Origin: Gemmatimonadota bacterium
GTDB lineage: Bacteria; Gemmatimonadota; Gemmatimonadetes; Gemmatimonadales; GWC2-71-9
NCBI GenBank assembly: GCA_036679645.1
Contig: JAZDCY010000015.1
Span: 1 to 64,000, forward strand
Direction: 5' to 3'
DNA length: 64,000 nucleotides
Shown: in pieces, positions 11,001 to 20,255 of the stretch
Layout: each line of letters opens with the position of its first letter
Position numbering within the stretch: position 1 is the stretch's first letter
Made by a program: the position numbers and the translations under genes
The notes under the pieces: model-generated
What the model was told of the DNA's origin: nothing
Database searches by the model: none
Seen by the model: the letters and a program-made list of their open reading frames with translations, nothing else

Positions 11001-11356
11001 CCTGGATCTTTCAGAACCAGCACGCCGGTCCCGTCGTGGGAACACGCACGACCGGTGCGCTGATCGGACCGGTGTCGCGCCATGCGCTCGTGGACGGAGG
11101 TGGCATCTCCGTGCCGCCGGCGCGCCTGTTCGATCCCAGCGGGACATGGTTTGCCGAGGGCATTGGTGTGGATCCCGACATCCTCGTCATCGAGGATCCC
11201 GCCCAACTCGCGCGCGGTGTGGACCCGCAATTGGAGCGGGCAATCGAAGAGGCGCTCCGCCTGCTGCGGGAACGGCCACCGCATGTTGTGGATCGGCCGG
11301 AGTATCAGGATCGGTCGGTGACGGACGAGAGGGCGGCGGGCGGAGGCGGGAAGTAG
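8087..11356 (+). CDS. Tricorn protease homolog (S41 family; beta-propellers, PDZ and catalytic domain)
   Basis: Signal peptide, then RFPDIS..IAFVYAGDIW, WKRYRGG, FFYDPNMHGVDW, IIDERFNSGG, SGGDAFP and DPQLERAI. Confidence 0.93.
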   Translation: MRAVSVLLTSFLVSATASLAAQVDARMFRFPDISASQIAFVYAGDIWVVAKEGGTANRLSSPRGQESFPRFSPDGTQIAYSANYDGNTDVYVIPAAGGAPVRVTHHPMTDRLIDWYPDGSRLLFASGREAGRQRFSQFFAVSPSGGLPERLPVPYGEFGALSPDGRSIAYMPKSRDFRTWKRYRGGWASDIWLFDLSSYDARNLTDDIAVDGQPMWHGRTLYFLSDRGSAQRPNIWAHGLDDGSFRQITHFADFDVTFPAIGPSDIVFQAGGRLFVMDLGTEQYVEVQIAVVTDRATLRPRTENVAGLIRGAAVSPSGQRAVFEARGEIFTVPAEHGVVRNLTRSSGVAERYPTWSPDARYVAYWSDRSGEYELMLRPAHGSGTERQVTRLGVGYRYRPQWSPDSKKIAFIDYMQQIRIYDVDADRITNVDRMRAQWIHGALEGFDVHWSADSRWFAYSKMLPHGQNAIFLYDVERDDVHQVTSGFYSDRSPVFDPDGDYLYYLTNRNLQPVFGDLDGTWVYPNSTRIVAVALRNDVESPLKPRSDDEEVAVEEEDEEGEDEDAGDDRLRIDLQEFERRLIVLPPAAGNYTDLAAVSGKVLYRRLPRAGASDRQSAIVYYDLGEREEKTVMRDADGFTVSADGEKLLVRNDRQYAIVDIGPDQKMETPLRTDELEATVEPLAEWRQMFQDTWRAYRDFFYDPNMHGVDWNGVRQQYGALIEDAVTRWDVTGVLGDVAAELSASHTYVFGGDTESAPRRGVGLLGVDWALERGAYRIARIVRGAPWDDEVRSPFDEPGVDVDEGDYILAVNGIPLDTANDPWTAFDGLAGRTVALTVNDRPTTDGARQVLVETLRSETRLRHLEWIQANRRRVEEASDGRLAYVYMPNTGGQGQTELIRQYYAQMDREGFIIDERFNSGGQLADRFLELLTRPVVAYLAPRSGDDIQYPAMANPGPKVMLINGWSVSGGDAFPWIFQNQHAGPVVGTRTTGALIGPVSRHALVDGGGISVPPARLFDPSGTWFAEGIGVDPDILVIEDPAQLARGVDPQLERAIEEALRLLRERPPHVVDRPEYQDRSVTDERAAGGGGK

Positions 11357-11380
11357 TATGCGGCCGCTCCGGCGTCGCCC

Positions 11381-11464
11381 TCAGAACCGCGTGGAGCAGT
11401 AGTCGCAGATGGCGTTAACTGTGAATGGCGAGTTGAGAGGTCCCTGCCTGATTCGCTCGATCAG
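11381..11464 (-). pseudogene. Probable C-terminal remnant of the toxin partner of the Panacea antitoxin
   Basis: Start-less frame LIERIRQGPLNSPFTVNAICDYCSTRF* begins at the antitoxin stop. It resembles, from memory, the C-termini of small ORFs found downstream of DUF4065 genes. Confidence 0.4.
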
Positions 11465-12012
11465 GCAAGCAGATCGTCAGCCGATGCCTCTGCGTGCAGT
11501 GCCTCTTCGATCTCCTTCACGTCCTCTGTGGACATCCCCTCGCCAAACAGGATGTCGCGAATCTCAATCGGCAAGTGCGATCCCTCTGGGTCCCGCCACT
11601 CAGGAAGCTGGTGCGAGTAATCCCGAAGGTCCCACTGGGACATGTGACCGAATTTCTCGAATATCTCACGAAGTAGATCTTCTTCGGCAGGCGACAATTG
11701 ATCGTTGGGGACTTCGTCGGTCGCCAGACTGATTTCGTGGCCCATGCGCTCCGAGATGATCTGGTGCCAGTAGGACGGCCCGCTCGGGTCTGGTTCCTCG
11801 TTGATCTTGTCAAGCGTAAAACTCAACACGGGTCCGTGCGGGAGGGAGAAGTACCAGTCGAAGGTGATCGGGCGGCCCCAGCGGATGAGCGCCTCGCGGT
11901 CGGCAAGGTAAAGGAGCTTGATGAGCTTCATGTGGCTCATCCGGCTGCCCGCTAGCTGCAGGAGGCGAGCCGCTGCTTGCGTCGTCTTGTCCTCGCGGTA
12001 TGTCAACGGCAT
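11461..12012 (-). CDS. Panacea-domain (DUF4065 / SocA-like) antitoxin
   Basis: MKLIKLLYLADREAL..WGRPITFD.YFSLPHGPV and LRDYSH.LPEW are the DUF4065 signature. Confidence 0.88.
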   Translation of the reverse strand: MPLTYREDKTTQAAARLLQLAGSRMSHMKLIKLLYLADREALIRWGRPITFDWYFSLPHGPVLSFTLDKINEEPDPSGPSYWHQIISERMGHEISLATDEVPNDQLSPAEEDLLREIFEKFGHMSQWDLRDYSHQLPEWRDPEGSHLPIEIRDILFGEGMSTEDVKEIEEALHAEASADDLLA

Positions 12013-12333
12013 CTCGATCAATGTTCAGCCGGCATCCGTGCCAGTCAAGCGCATTCCTACGCATTCATCAAGTACGTTCTTGTACCCCGCGGACGCGAGT
12101 CGTTGCCCTTCCACCAAACATCGGGTGCACCGCCGGAATTCCCAAGGTGGTGCAGCGGCCGCTCCTGGGTCTACGCTAGCCACCGCTATAGAGCCTGAAC
12201 CATGTGAGGGCGCCACCTATGCGCGCCGTCGCGACCGGCCTGACCGCCGTCAGACGTTGCCGGGGGTGCGGGAGGGGATCGAGGAGCGCAGTCTACCGCT
12301 GTACGCCAGAGCAATTCTGTGGCTCAGTCTAGG

Positions 12334-14391
12334 TCACTCCTCCAACGCCTTGAACACTGCGTCCGGCGCATCCTTGTAGAACTCGATCTTGACCCGCGTC
12401 CAAATATCGTCGTCCAAGTCATTCAGCTGGCGTCGCGCACTCACAGGCATCAGGAGCGTTTGAGCCTGCTTGTCCACCGCGAGCTCGGCAATCGCTACCG
12501 CGTGCGGCAACATCTCTACGGAGCCGCCAAGGTTGAGCTGACCGACGATGATCGTCGCCCCCCGAGTATTCCGCTCGAGAAGGGAACCGGCGAAGGCCAC
12601 CAGGATCGGCAGCCCCAGCCCCTGGCCCGACTTGTCCGCATCCATGGGCCGCATCTGGAGGGAGAACTCGTGCTCGCGGGGATTCCGGTCACCCACCAGC
12701 TCTTTCGCCCGGGCGTACAGATTCTGCTCTCCGACCTTGACGCTCTCGCGGAAGGGCGGTGGCGTCGGTTGGTTGAGGATCTTCACCCCACCGCCGGGCC
12801 CACTCGTGACCTCTATGCGATATAGGCCCGCCCCGGTCTCAGGTGACCCGGGGCTCACTGCCCAGACCTGTCCGGGCGGCAGCGGGTCCGCGTCGATAGC
12901 CTCGTCGCTGTGCAATTCTGGCGTGGCTACGAACAGTTCCGGCCCGTCGGGAGCCATGATGTAACTGAAATGGGTGTTGCGGAACTCTGCCTTGAAACAC
13001 CGTTTCTGCTGCTCCTTCACTCGTCGCCGGGACTCGAGGGCTAAGCGGACGATCCATTCCAGGTCCTCATCGGAAACCGGCATTTCAGGATCGGGAAAGA
13101 GCAGCTTGGTCAGACCACTGACCGTCTTGTTGACAGCTTCGATGTCGCGGCCGCTGAGCGCGCCGCCCAAGTGCACGCGCTCCTGCATGACCGAGACGCG
13201 GTTGCCAGTTCGAAGGCGATTCCAGCACTCACTGAGAAAGTCACTGACCAGGCCGAAGTGATCGGTGAAGTGATCGCTCGGAGTCAGCTTCGGGAAGTCC
13301 CATCCGGGAGCGAACGAGTGCAAGCGATCCATGAACGCCGTGTCGTCACGCATCTCCTTGGGGAGTGGGCTCAAGAGGTGACCGATCCTCTGCTGCTGTT
13401 CGACGTCCACATCGAAGTTGCCCAGCATGACCATGCAGCCGTCGGCTCGGATATTCTCCTTGCCGCGACTGAACTGGCCAGACGCCATGTATCCCTTCAT
13501 GATGCTGACGCCGTCCTTCTGGTCGAAGGAGATGCCCGATACCTCGTCGAAGGCTACGACGTCGTACTGGCACACGAGGCCACGCTGGCCTGTAGCGTTG
13601 TTGACGAACATTTTCGCTACGGTAGCCGTGCCGCCGGAAAGGAGATGGGCATACGGCGAGATCTGTTGAAAGAGGTGACTCTTGCCCGTCCCGCGGGGCC
13701 CCAGCTCCACGAAATTGTAGTTGCGCTCAACAAAGGGGACCATGCGGAGCAGGGCAACGCGCCTTGCTCGTTCATCCAGGCCGCCAGGCTCGAGGCCGAT
13801 GGAGCGAAGCAAGAGTTCGGACCACTCTTGTGTCGTGAACGTGCTGCGGCCCTTGTTGAGAATGTCGAGCACATCCGGCTTGGACATCTGAATGGGCCGA
13901 AGCGAGTCGATGGCGAACGGTCGGCCGCCCGTCTGCTGCGCGATGATGCCGTCATATGAGAGCGTAACCTCGGCATAGAAGCCGCCGGTGAGCATGCGCT
14001 CATTATCCCGCACGAGCTGGTCGTCGATCCGAACGTCCCGAAGGGTGAGACTCGGCAGCTCGGCGACATGACAGTCATTCTTGGCGTCGAGCTTGGCCTT
14101 GATGATGTCGATGAGGCGGATGGAGCCGCGCTCCCGGGCCCGCGCCTTGAATAACTCCTCCTCTCCAGTCCGAACGGTGCGGTCCTTGAGCTGCTGCTCG
14201 ACGATCTCCAGCCCTTCGGCAATCTCCTTCTCGTCGATGCTGGCGCAGTAGCGGCCGAGCAAGAACTCCACGACGTAGGTCGGGACCGGATACTGCCTGG
14301 AGTACTTGCGGACGAGGTCCTTTCGAACCAGGTATCCGTCGAACGCCTTTGCAGCCAGCTCGTCCAGCTGATCGATCGTCAGGGTCGTCAT
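12334..14391 (-). CDS. brxL: BREX Lon-related AAA+ protein BrxL
   Basis: GYLVRKDL, VPTYVVEFLLGRYC, Walker A GPRGTGKS, VAFDEV, AFMDRLH and a C-terminal Lon-like domain. Last gene of the brx operon. Confidence 0.92.
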   Translation of the reverse strand: MTTLTIDQLDELAAKAFDGYLVRKDLVRKYSRQYPVPTYVVEFLLGRYCASIDEKEIAEGLEIVEQQLKDRTVRTGEEELFKARARERGSIRLIDIIKAKLDAKNDCHVAELPSLTLRDVRIDDQLVRDNERMLTGGFYAEVTLSYDGIIAQQTGGRPFAIDSLRPIQMSKPDVLDILNKGRSTFTTQEWSELLLRSIGLEPGGLDERARRVALLRMVPFVERNYNFVELGPRGTGKSHLFQQISPYAHLLSGGTATVAKMFVNNATGQRGLVCQYDVVAFDEVSGISFDQKDGVSIMKGYMASGQFSRGKENIRADGCMVMLGNFDVDVEQQQRIGHLLSPLPKEMRDDTAFMDRLHSFAPGWDFPKLTPSDHFTDHFGLVSDFLSECWNRLRTGNRVSVMQERVHLGGALSGRDIEAVNKTVSGLTKLLFPDPEMPVSDEDLEWIVRLALESRRRVKEQQKRCFKAEFRNTHFSYIMAPDGPELFVATPELHSDEAIDADPLPPGQVWAVSPGSPETGAGLYRIEVTSGPGGGVKILNQPTPPPFRESVKVGEQNLYARAKELVGDRNPREHEFSLQMRPMDADKSGQGLGLPILVAFAGSLLERNTRGATIIVGQLNLGGSVEMLPHAVAIAELAVDKQAQTLLMPVSARRQLNDLDDDIWTRVKIEFYKDAPDAVFKALEE

Positions 14392-16727
14392 CCTTCTCCC
14401 ACCGTGGTGCTGGCTCGGTCGAGTACGTTACCGGCCTGATCCAAGACTACGACCGTCACAGCCTGTCCCTCATGTTCGTCGCTCACCGGAAATCTTATTT
14501 CTCCATCGTCGTCGACGGGTTTCGGGTTCGCGACTACCGAGGTCTCGGCTTTCTTCCAGTTCCGCCTGATGTCCACCGCTGACTCGGTACCGGCAGACGT
14601 CACGGTGATCACGCATCGCAGGCGCCGCCACTCCACTTTCTCGATCCGCGCTGCCACGGCCACCGTGCCGCGCTCAACGTCCAGCACGGGTACGATGCAC
14701 TCCTGTGGACTCACGCCGCCATGGGCGTATTCCTTATTGCTGTAGACGCCGATACCTGGCGGGCAGGCGATGCGGGCGTGAGGATTCCAGTACCAACCGT
14801 AGGTCGTCACGTCCGGTGTGGCGCCTTCCTTGATCGTGGCGCAACGAGCCCAGCGGCTCTCGACGAGGTACTTGGGCAGATCGATCTTCGGCAGGCCGCC
14901 CGGTAGCAGGAGCCAGCCGTGATCGGTGACCACGCGCACTCGGCTCCACCCAGCCTCGATGAGCTGGACCACGCGGTTGGCGATGCGCTCTACCTCACGA
15001 TCGACGTGCAGCGCGAGGCCGGCTCCGAGTTTGTGGCCCATCTCGTCGAGCCGCCCCGTCTCCGTCCACCCGTGGGTGTCGGCATCGGTGGGCATGCGGA
15101 CCTCGTCGCCGTCCATCACCTCCACGCCGCGTTGCTGCATCTCGTCGCGGAGCTTCTTGGACGTGGCCGATTGACCGGTGTCAGTGAAGACCGGCGAGAA
15201 GTCCGCCGGCGTTCCGACTCCCTTCAATCCATCGTGAACGAAAGTGGCGAGCGGCTTCGCCGTGGCGGTCACCGTGGGAATGGGCACGATCCGATGCGTG
15301 AGACGCACCTGGAAAGCCATTGCCTCGAGCTTCGCCTGCACTAGCGCGCCCACGTCGAACCGCAGTCCGTCCGCGAACACCGTGCAGGTGTCGGGGTGAG
15401 GGCTTTCCCCTATCGCGTCATCGCGCAGGTCTGAGCCACTTTGTGCGACGAGCTGTTGGAAGTGCCGAGCCGAGGCGTCGAGCCAAGGCTCGTAGATCGC
15501 GCGCACGACACAATTGATCACGGCGCCTTCCGCCGGCCCCGGAGCGCTGGCGACCGCCCGGAGAGCGGCCTGGTCGCATCGCCAGCCGTCTGTCGCGTAG
15601 GCCGCGGCGACTCGCTCGACCGTGTCACCACCCAGCGTGGTCTTGGCAGACTGTGCGAGCGAGGCGAGATGTTCCAGTGCGCGAGCATAGGGACTCTCAG
15701 CCAACTCCGCCCACACCCAACCGCGCCGCTCACCGTGTTCTCCCTCGAGGCGCAGCACCCGCTCACAGGCCTCCCGATGCGGCAGCGTGTCGATCTCTTC
15801 CAGCGAAGCCTTCAATCGCTCTTCGGCTTCCTCGTTGAGCAGCGGTTGCTTCGCGGCGTCGATGAGCAGGTTGCCCTGGCCGGCCGTGGGTTCCCGCAGG
15901 AGCCGGCTGACGCCCCGGTAACGCAACGGCGCCTCCGCAAACCTGAGCCACACGCTCTTCCACGTCCCCTCGCCTTCCAGGAGGTGCTGCGCAGCCTCCA
16001 TGTGCCCGTCGTCCTCCGGGTCGATTCCGAAGTCCGACGAGATCAGGTTACGGAACGCGCCCCACTCCGATTCGGAGTGCCCAGCGCGGAACGTGTCCGG
16101 GTCGTGCATCCACAGGAGCAAATCGCGGTGCACATCCGGCACGGCCAGCTTATCGAAGTCGTCGGCGGTGAGGCGAATACCGTGGAGCGCTTCCAGCGGC
16201 GTATCCGCCAGCAGTGCCAGGTTGCGAAGCGCTGCCTCCCGGGTGCGTGTGTCACGGGCCATGTCAAGGCTGAGCCCGTCGTCGGACATCAGGAACGCCT
16301 CCACCGTCCAATCCCGGCCGTTTCTCTGATGCCAGACTGCGCCCCGGTACTGCAGCTCGACCAGCGGCTGCAATTGGGGCGGGCAATCGCCACCGGCCCG
16401 CAGCTCCTGTCGGCTCACCTTGGGGAGATAGAGCACGGGGATGCTGCCAGGCGGCGGAGCGTCGGTGAGTGTCCGATCGACGATGCAGCGGAGCCAGATC
16501 GCCGGGCCCGTCCGCTGTTCCGGATCGTATAGACCGTAGGTGAAGAACTCGGCCATCTCGTCGCGGAGCCGGCGGGCGAGTTCCAGCCACTGCCCGTCCG
16601 CGTCCGTCCACAAGAGGACCACCGGTTCCGCTACGCCATCCGGCGAAGCGAGTGTCGTCTTGAACGACGCCCTCAATGCTTCGATGAGTGTCTCATGGGC
16701 CGCGGTCGTACGCGTCATCACGTTCAT
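14388..16727 (-). CDS. pglZ: BREX PglZ (alkaline-phosphatase superfamily, type B-like)
   Basis: FADGLRFD, PTVTATAK, VTDHGW and YAHGGVSPQEC; lies between pglX and brxL. Confidence 0.92.
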   Translation of the reverse strand: MNVMTRTTAAHETLIEALRASFKTTLASPDGVAEPVVLLWTDADGQWLELARRLRDEMAEFFTYGLYDPEQRTGPAIWLRCIVDRTLTDAPPPGSIPVLYLPKVSRQELRAGGDCPPQLQPLVELQYRGAVWHQRNGRDWTVEAFLMSDDGLSLDMARDTRTREAALRNLALLADTPLEALHGIRLTADDFDKLAVPDVHRDLLLWMHDPDTFRAGHSESEWGAFRNLISSDFGIDPEDDGHMEAAQHLLEGEGTWKSVWLRFAEAPLRYRGVSRLLREPTAGQGNLLIDAAKQPLLNEEAEERLKASLEEIDTLPHREACERVLRLEGEHGERRGWVWAELAESPYARALEHLASLAQSAKTTLGGDTVERVAAAYATDGWRCDQAALRAVASAPGPAEGAVINCVVRAIYEPWLDASARHFQQLVAQSGSDLRDDAIGESPHPDTCTVFADGLRFDVGALVQAKLEAMAFQVRLTHRIVPIPTVTATAKPLATFVHDGLKGVGTPADFSPVFTDTGQSATSKKLRDEMQQRGVEVMDGDEVRMPTDADTHGWTETGRLDEMGHKLGAGLALHVDREVERIANRVVQLIEAGWSRVRVVTDHGWLLLPGGLPKIDLPKYLVESRWARCATIKEGATPDVTTYGWYWNPHARIACPPGIGVYSNKEYAHGGVSPQECIVPVLDVERGTVAVAARIEKVEWRRLRCVITVTSAGTESAVDIRRNWKKAETSVVANPKPVDDDGEIRFPVSDEHEGQAVTVVVLDQAGNVLDRASTTVGEG

Positions 16728-19700
16728 CGGTTCAACTCGGCATGTCGCTTACGCGCAGCCTCTTTGACCGCGGAGGTGTAGTGCATGTCGTTCCAACGAT
16801 TCCCGTCGAACTCCGGGCCGCCTTTGAAGTTCTCCGTCTTCTCATCCCAATCCCAGAACCACGGGAAGTCTTCCTTGGGCCGTAGGCTCTGCGGTTCCTT
16901 ACCCCTGTCCTTCTTCCATTTGATGTTTGGCTTCCACCGCAAGATCCCCGCGCCTTTCTTGCCGCCTTTCCGCAACGTGCCGCTCATGAAAGGTCGGATA
17001 TTGATGCGAACGCCGTCGTTGATGTCCGGCTCCCAACCCATCGGTTGTTCGTGAAGCGGCTTCCAGCGAACGAAGATGTCGTAGGGTGGCTCGCCGGCCA
17101 GGATCTTCTCGAGCTGTTCCTTGAGGTCCAGCGCCGCGGCGAGACGTGCGTCAGAGCCCTCCGTCCCCTTCTGCTGCTCTGCCCTCTGCCGGTCGATCCA
17201 GTCGCCCAGATACGTGTAGGTAATTGCTTGCAGCGTGCGGTGGCCTTCGCCGTCGGGGCCGGTGAGCTTGTGGGTGTTCACCAGGCAGTGGAAGCCTTTC
17301 CCGTTGCCATCCCAGATGTGCCACACGAAGGGACGGTGTTGGAAGAGCTTGCAGTGCTCCTCGAAGAACTTGTCGCGCAGCCAAGTGTCGAGGGAGTCCG
17401 CGGGTCTATTACCGTCGCCGGCGACGGCGAGGAGTTCTCGTTCCTTGGCGGCGGACCAGTCGGGCCCGAAGGCGGCAGAGAGGAGTTCCCGGACACGATC
17501 GGCGGCCGAGCGTTCACCGCGCGCGGCGGAGAGGCACACGATGCCGTCTTCGTCGGCGTACTCCTTCAGTTCATCGCAGCGCGCCACCCAGTCGCGGGCC
17601 TCCTTCGCCAGGCGCATCTCTGGGTCCAGCTCCGGTGGCCACCGGTAGCCCAACAGGCGACCAACGGCGACTTGGAGCAGTGTAGCCGGCTCTGCCTTGG
17701 CCGGGTGGCTGTGGAAGAGCCATTGGGTGGGGTCGTCGGACTGGGGTTCGGGGAGGCCGTTGGGGTACTTCTCGCCTGCGACCCCTTGCCAGTGAGCAAG
17801 GTCGAAAGGGACTTTCACCAGAGTGGCTGTTGCGACATTGAGCTTGGTGTTGATCTGCCGAATTGCGCTGTTGTAGTTGTCAGCCTCACAGAACGCCCAT
17901 ATCGCGGGCAAGTTGGTTGGGTTCAATGGGACTATCGCCCCCGTTATCTTGTCGTGAATCTCACCAGTATAGATACTGCACTTCAGCTGGCTCATCTGGC
18001 CAACTATTACCCCGTCTTGCCCCCACGCGGAGTGACCCTGAATCCGCGCGCGGTCAGAATGAGCAAGTTCGCCATTTCCATCTTCCCAAAGAAGAACTGA
18101 CTCACGCCCTCGATGGCGTGTTGTATATGGTGGGGGCCCTTGGAACCAAACCCACGGCGTGCCAACCAATCGGATTTCCCAAAACCCACGAACATATCGG
18201 TCGCTGTCGCCTGTCGAGAGTCCTTCAGTGACCGTCGCGTACTCACCGAGCAGTTCACCGCGGGTTAGCGTTGAGGTGAGTACAACTGCATCTGGATTAC
18301 CCAATTGCTGTGCTTGGGATAGCACTTGCACTGTCCCATCCGACTGTCCCGTTTCCGGGCCGGCAACTGGTTGGCCTCTGAGGAGAGTGGCCTTGTGCGC
18401 AGGTGTTGATCCATGCATCGCATCAACACCAGCCATCTCGGCGACTTCCCTTGGCTTCGAGCCCGAGATTGCAACTAAGGCGACATTGACGACTTCTCCA
18501 CCTATAGTCTCGAAAGCGCCTGACCCTAGTCGCGCCACAAGATTCCACGTCCGCCGCTTGAGCAGCTTCTCTCGCAGCTTCCTGTAACTGGTCAGGAAGA
18601 GCCAGTTCTGCGGGGTGACCGCGGCCGCGGTGCCAGTGCCACCGAGCCACCGCAACATCCGCTCGACAAAGAGCGTGGCGAGATCTGCCTTAGCCTCCTT
18701 GTAGTGCTCGTCGGCGAAGTCCTTGAGCAGATCGCTCTGCTGGCCACGGCCGAGATACGGCACATTCGTAATCACCAGCGTGTACTCGCCCGACAACAGC
18801 TCCGCCGCCCGCGCCATGCCCTGCGCCGCCACCGTACGCTCTGTGTCTTCGACGTCCTCCGACTCTCGCGCCAGGGTCTGCGCCAGCAGCGGCTGCAGCT
18901 CAGCGAAGTCCGCAATCAGCAAGTCGCCCTTGAGCGCCTTTGGATCAATCAGCGACCCCAGCTCCGGCGCCTGCTCGAAGAGGTCGTGGAGCTGGGCCAT
19001 ACCCGCGCGGAGGCGTTCGTTCTCACCGGCGAGCTTCGTCCATTCCTTTTTGCTCGAGCCCACCGCCAGACCAGAGCAAGCGATGTGGAGCGGCGGCAGC
19101 TCGATTGGCTTGCCAGCCAACTTCCAGGCTGCCATTGCGAGGTTGAAGGCCGCGATCTGCGTGCAGCGTAGGTCGAGCTCCAGACCGTGAAGGTTGTCGG
19201 TCAGGACGCGGCGGATGGCGTCTTCGAGATTCATTCCCTCCTCATGCGTCCGCAGCCGCACTAGCAGTTCGAAGCCCTCGACGAGGAAGTGGCCGCTGCC
19301 ACAGCAGGGGTCGAGAACCTTCAACTCCTTCGCGGTCTTCGGCCAGCCCTCATAGGTGCCGGCGGCGGGACACCAGGAGCCGGTGGGCGTGTCCTCTTCG
19401 TCGCCTTCCTGGGGTTCGCGCACGAAGCGCAAGTAATCGAAGTCGTAGCCACCTTGAGAGCGGAGCCGGACTGCTTGGCGCAGCTCCTCTTCGCTCTCAG
19501 CGGTCTCGGCGAGGCTCGGGTTCTCTGCGAGCACCTTGCCCGCGTGCCAGGCGCCGATGGTGTTGTGGTAGAGGAAGAGCACCATGTAGTGCTCGGTGAA
19601 GAGCTGGGTGACGGCCGGCAACTCGTCCGCGCCGATCTTCACCCCCGAGGCGTTCACCTCATCTTTCTTGTCCGCCTGCCAGTATTGGTAGGTCCAGCCG

Positions 19701-20242
19701 AGGCTGTCGTCGGCAAGGAACACCTCGGTTGGCATGGATTCGAGCAGCCGCTCCAGTTCCTGTCGCGTTTCGGGCGAGAGCACGACCTCCAATACTGGGT
19801 CATCGGCACGGAAGATCTGCGGCAGCATCCGGACAGCGTAGTTGCTGGCAAGAGTCAACCAGTCGGTGTTTCCCTCACGCGCCAGCTCTCGGCAGTCGTC
19901 CAGCGACACCGGCACGCCGTGCTCAGGCTCGATCAGGAGGCCGTTCTCCGCCAGGAACCGTGCGAAGAGCATGCGGTGCCAGTGTTCGTACGCGACCTCG
20001 TGAGCGAGACGTCCGATTGCCTGGGTGCCGCTGCGCATGTTTCTCTTGTCCCCAAGTTGCCGACCGTGGGCGCGCAGCCGATTGCGCAGTGCACGGTCCT
20101 CGGCGGACATGCTGCCCCATGGCTCGTGGTGGTGCACCGCGAGACTCTTCAACGCCTTGTCTGCATCCTCTTCGCCGACCCGGCGGGCGGTGAGAACCGT
20201 ACGGCCCAACAGGTTCCGAAGAGCGGTGTTCAGCGCGCCCAT
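16724..20242 (-). CDS. pglX: BREX adenine DNA methyltransferase PglX
   Basis: Motif I LDPCCGSGHFL, motif IV ITNVPY, TQLFTEHYMV, HRPFVWHIWDG and DGVRINIRPF. Confidence 0.92.
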   Translation of the reverse strand: MGALNTALRNLLGRTVLTARRVGEEDADKALKSLAVHHHEPWGSMSAEDRALRNRLRAHGRQLGDKRNMRSGTQAIGRLAHEVAYEHWHRMLFARFLAENGLLIEPEHGVPVSLDDCRELAREGNTDWLTLASNYAVRMLPQIFRADDPVLEVVLSPETRQELERLLESMPTEVFLADDSLGWTYQYWQADKKDEVNASGVKIGADELPAVTQLFTEHYMVLFLYHNTIGAWHAGKVLAENPSLAETAESEEELRQAVRLRSQGGYDFDYLRFVREPQEGDEEDTPTGSWCPAAGTYEGWPKTAKELKVLDPCCGSGHFLVEGFELLVRLRTHEEGMNLEDAIRRVLTDNLHGLELDLRCTQIAAFNLAMAAWKLAGKPIELPPLHIACSGLAVGSSKKEWTKLAGENERLRAGMAQLHDLFEQAPELGSLIDPKALKGDLLIADFAELQPLLAQTLARESEDVEDTERTVAAQGMARAAELLSGEYTLVITNVPYLGRGQQSDLLKDFADEHYKEAKADLATLFVERMLRWLGGTGTAAAVTPQNWLFLTSYRKLREKLLKRRTWNLVARLGSGAFETIGGEVVNVALVAISGSKPREVAEMAGVDAMHGSTPAHKATLLRGQPVAGPETGQSDGTVQVLSQAQQLGNPDAVVLTSTLTRGELLGEYATVTEGLSTGDSDRYVRGFWEIRLVGTPWVWFQGPPPYTTRHRGRESVLLWEDGNGELAHSDRARIQGHSAWGQDGVIVGQMSQLKCSIYTGEIHDKITGAIVPLNPTNLPAIWAFCEADNYNSAIRQINTKLNVATATLVKVPFDLAHWQGVAGEKYPNGLPEPQSDDPTQWLFHSHPAKAEPATLLQVAVGRLLGYRWPPELDPEMRLAKEARDWVARCDELKEYADEDGIVCLSAARGERSAADRVRELLSAAFGPDWSAAKERELLAVAGDGNRPADSLDTWLRDKFFEEHCKLFQHRPFVWHIWDGNGKGFHCLVNTHKLTGPDGEGHRTLQAITYTYLGDWIDRQRAEQQKGTEGSDARLAAALDLKEQLEKILAGEPPYDIFVRWKPLHEQPMGWEPDINDGVRINIRPFMSGTLRKGGKKGAGILRWKPNIKWKKDRGKEPQSLRPKEDFPWFWDWDEKTENFKGGPEFDGNRWNDMHYTSAVKEAARKRHAELNR

Positions 20243-20255
20243 TTCGTCGTCCTCT

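Noticed and set aside
9557..11284. Long antisense ORFs (575 aa here; also 34017-35696, 15441-16532, 17045-18100, 50272-51333, 61529-62284)
   Set aside because: They are shadow frames opposite well-supported genes in high-GC DNA and show no recognisable motifs.
12025..12333. Small ORFs between the Panacea gene and brxL
   Set aside because: No recognisable motifs or coding signature; treated as intergenic or decayed sequence.
16724..20242. Phase-variable pglX by inversion or a duplicated partial pglX
   Set aside because: No second pglX fragment, flanking inverted repeats or recombinase is seen.
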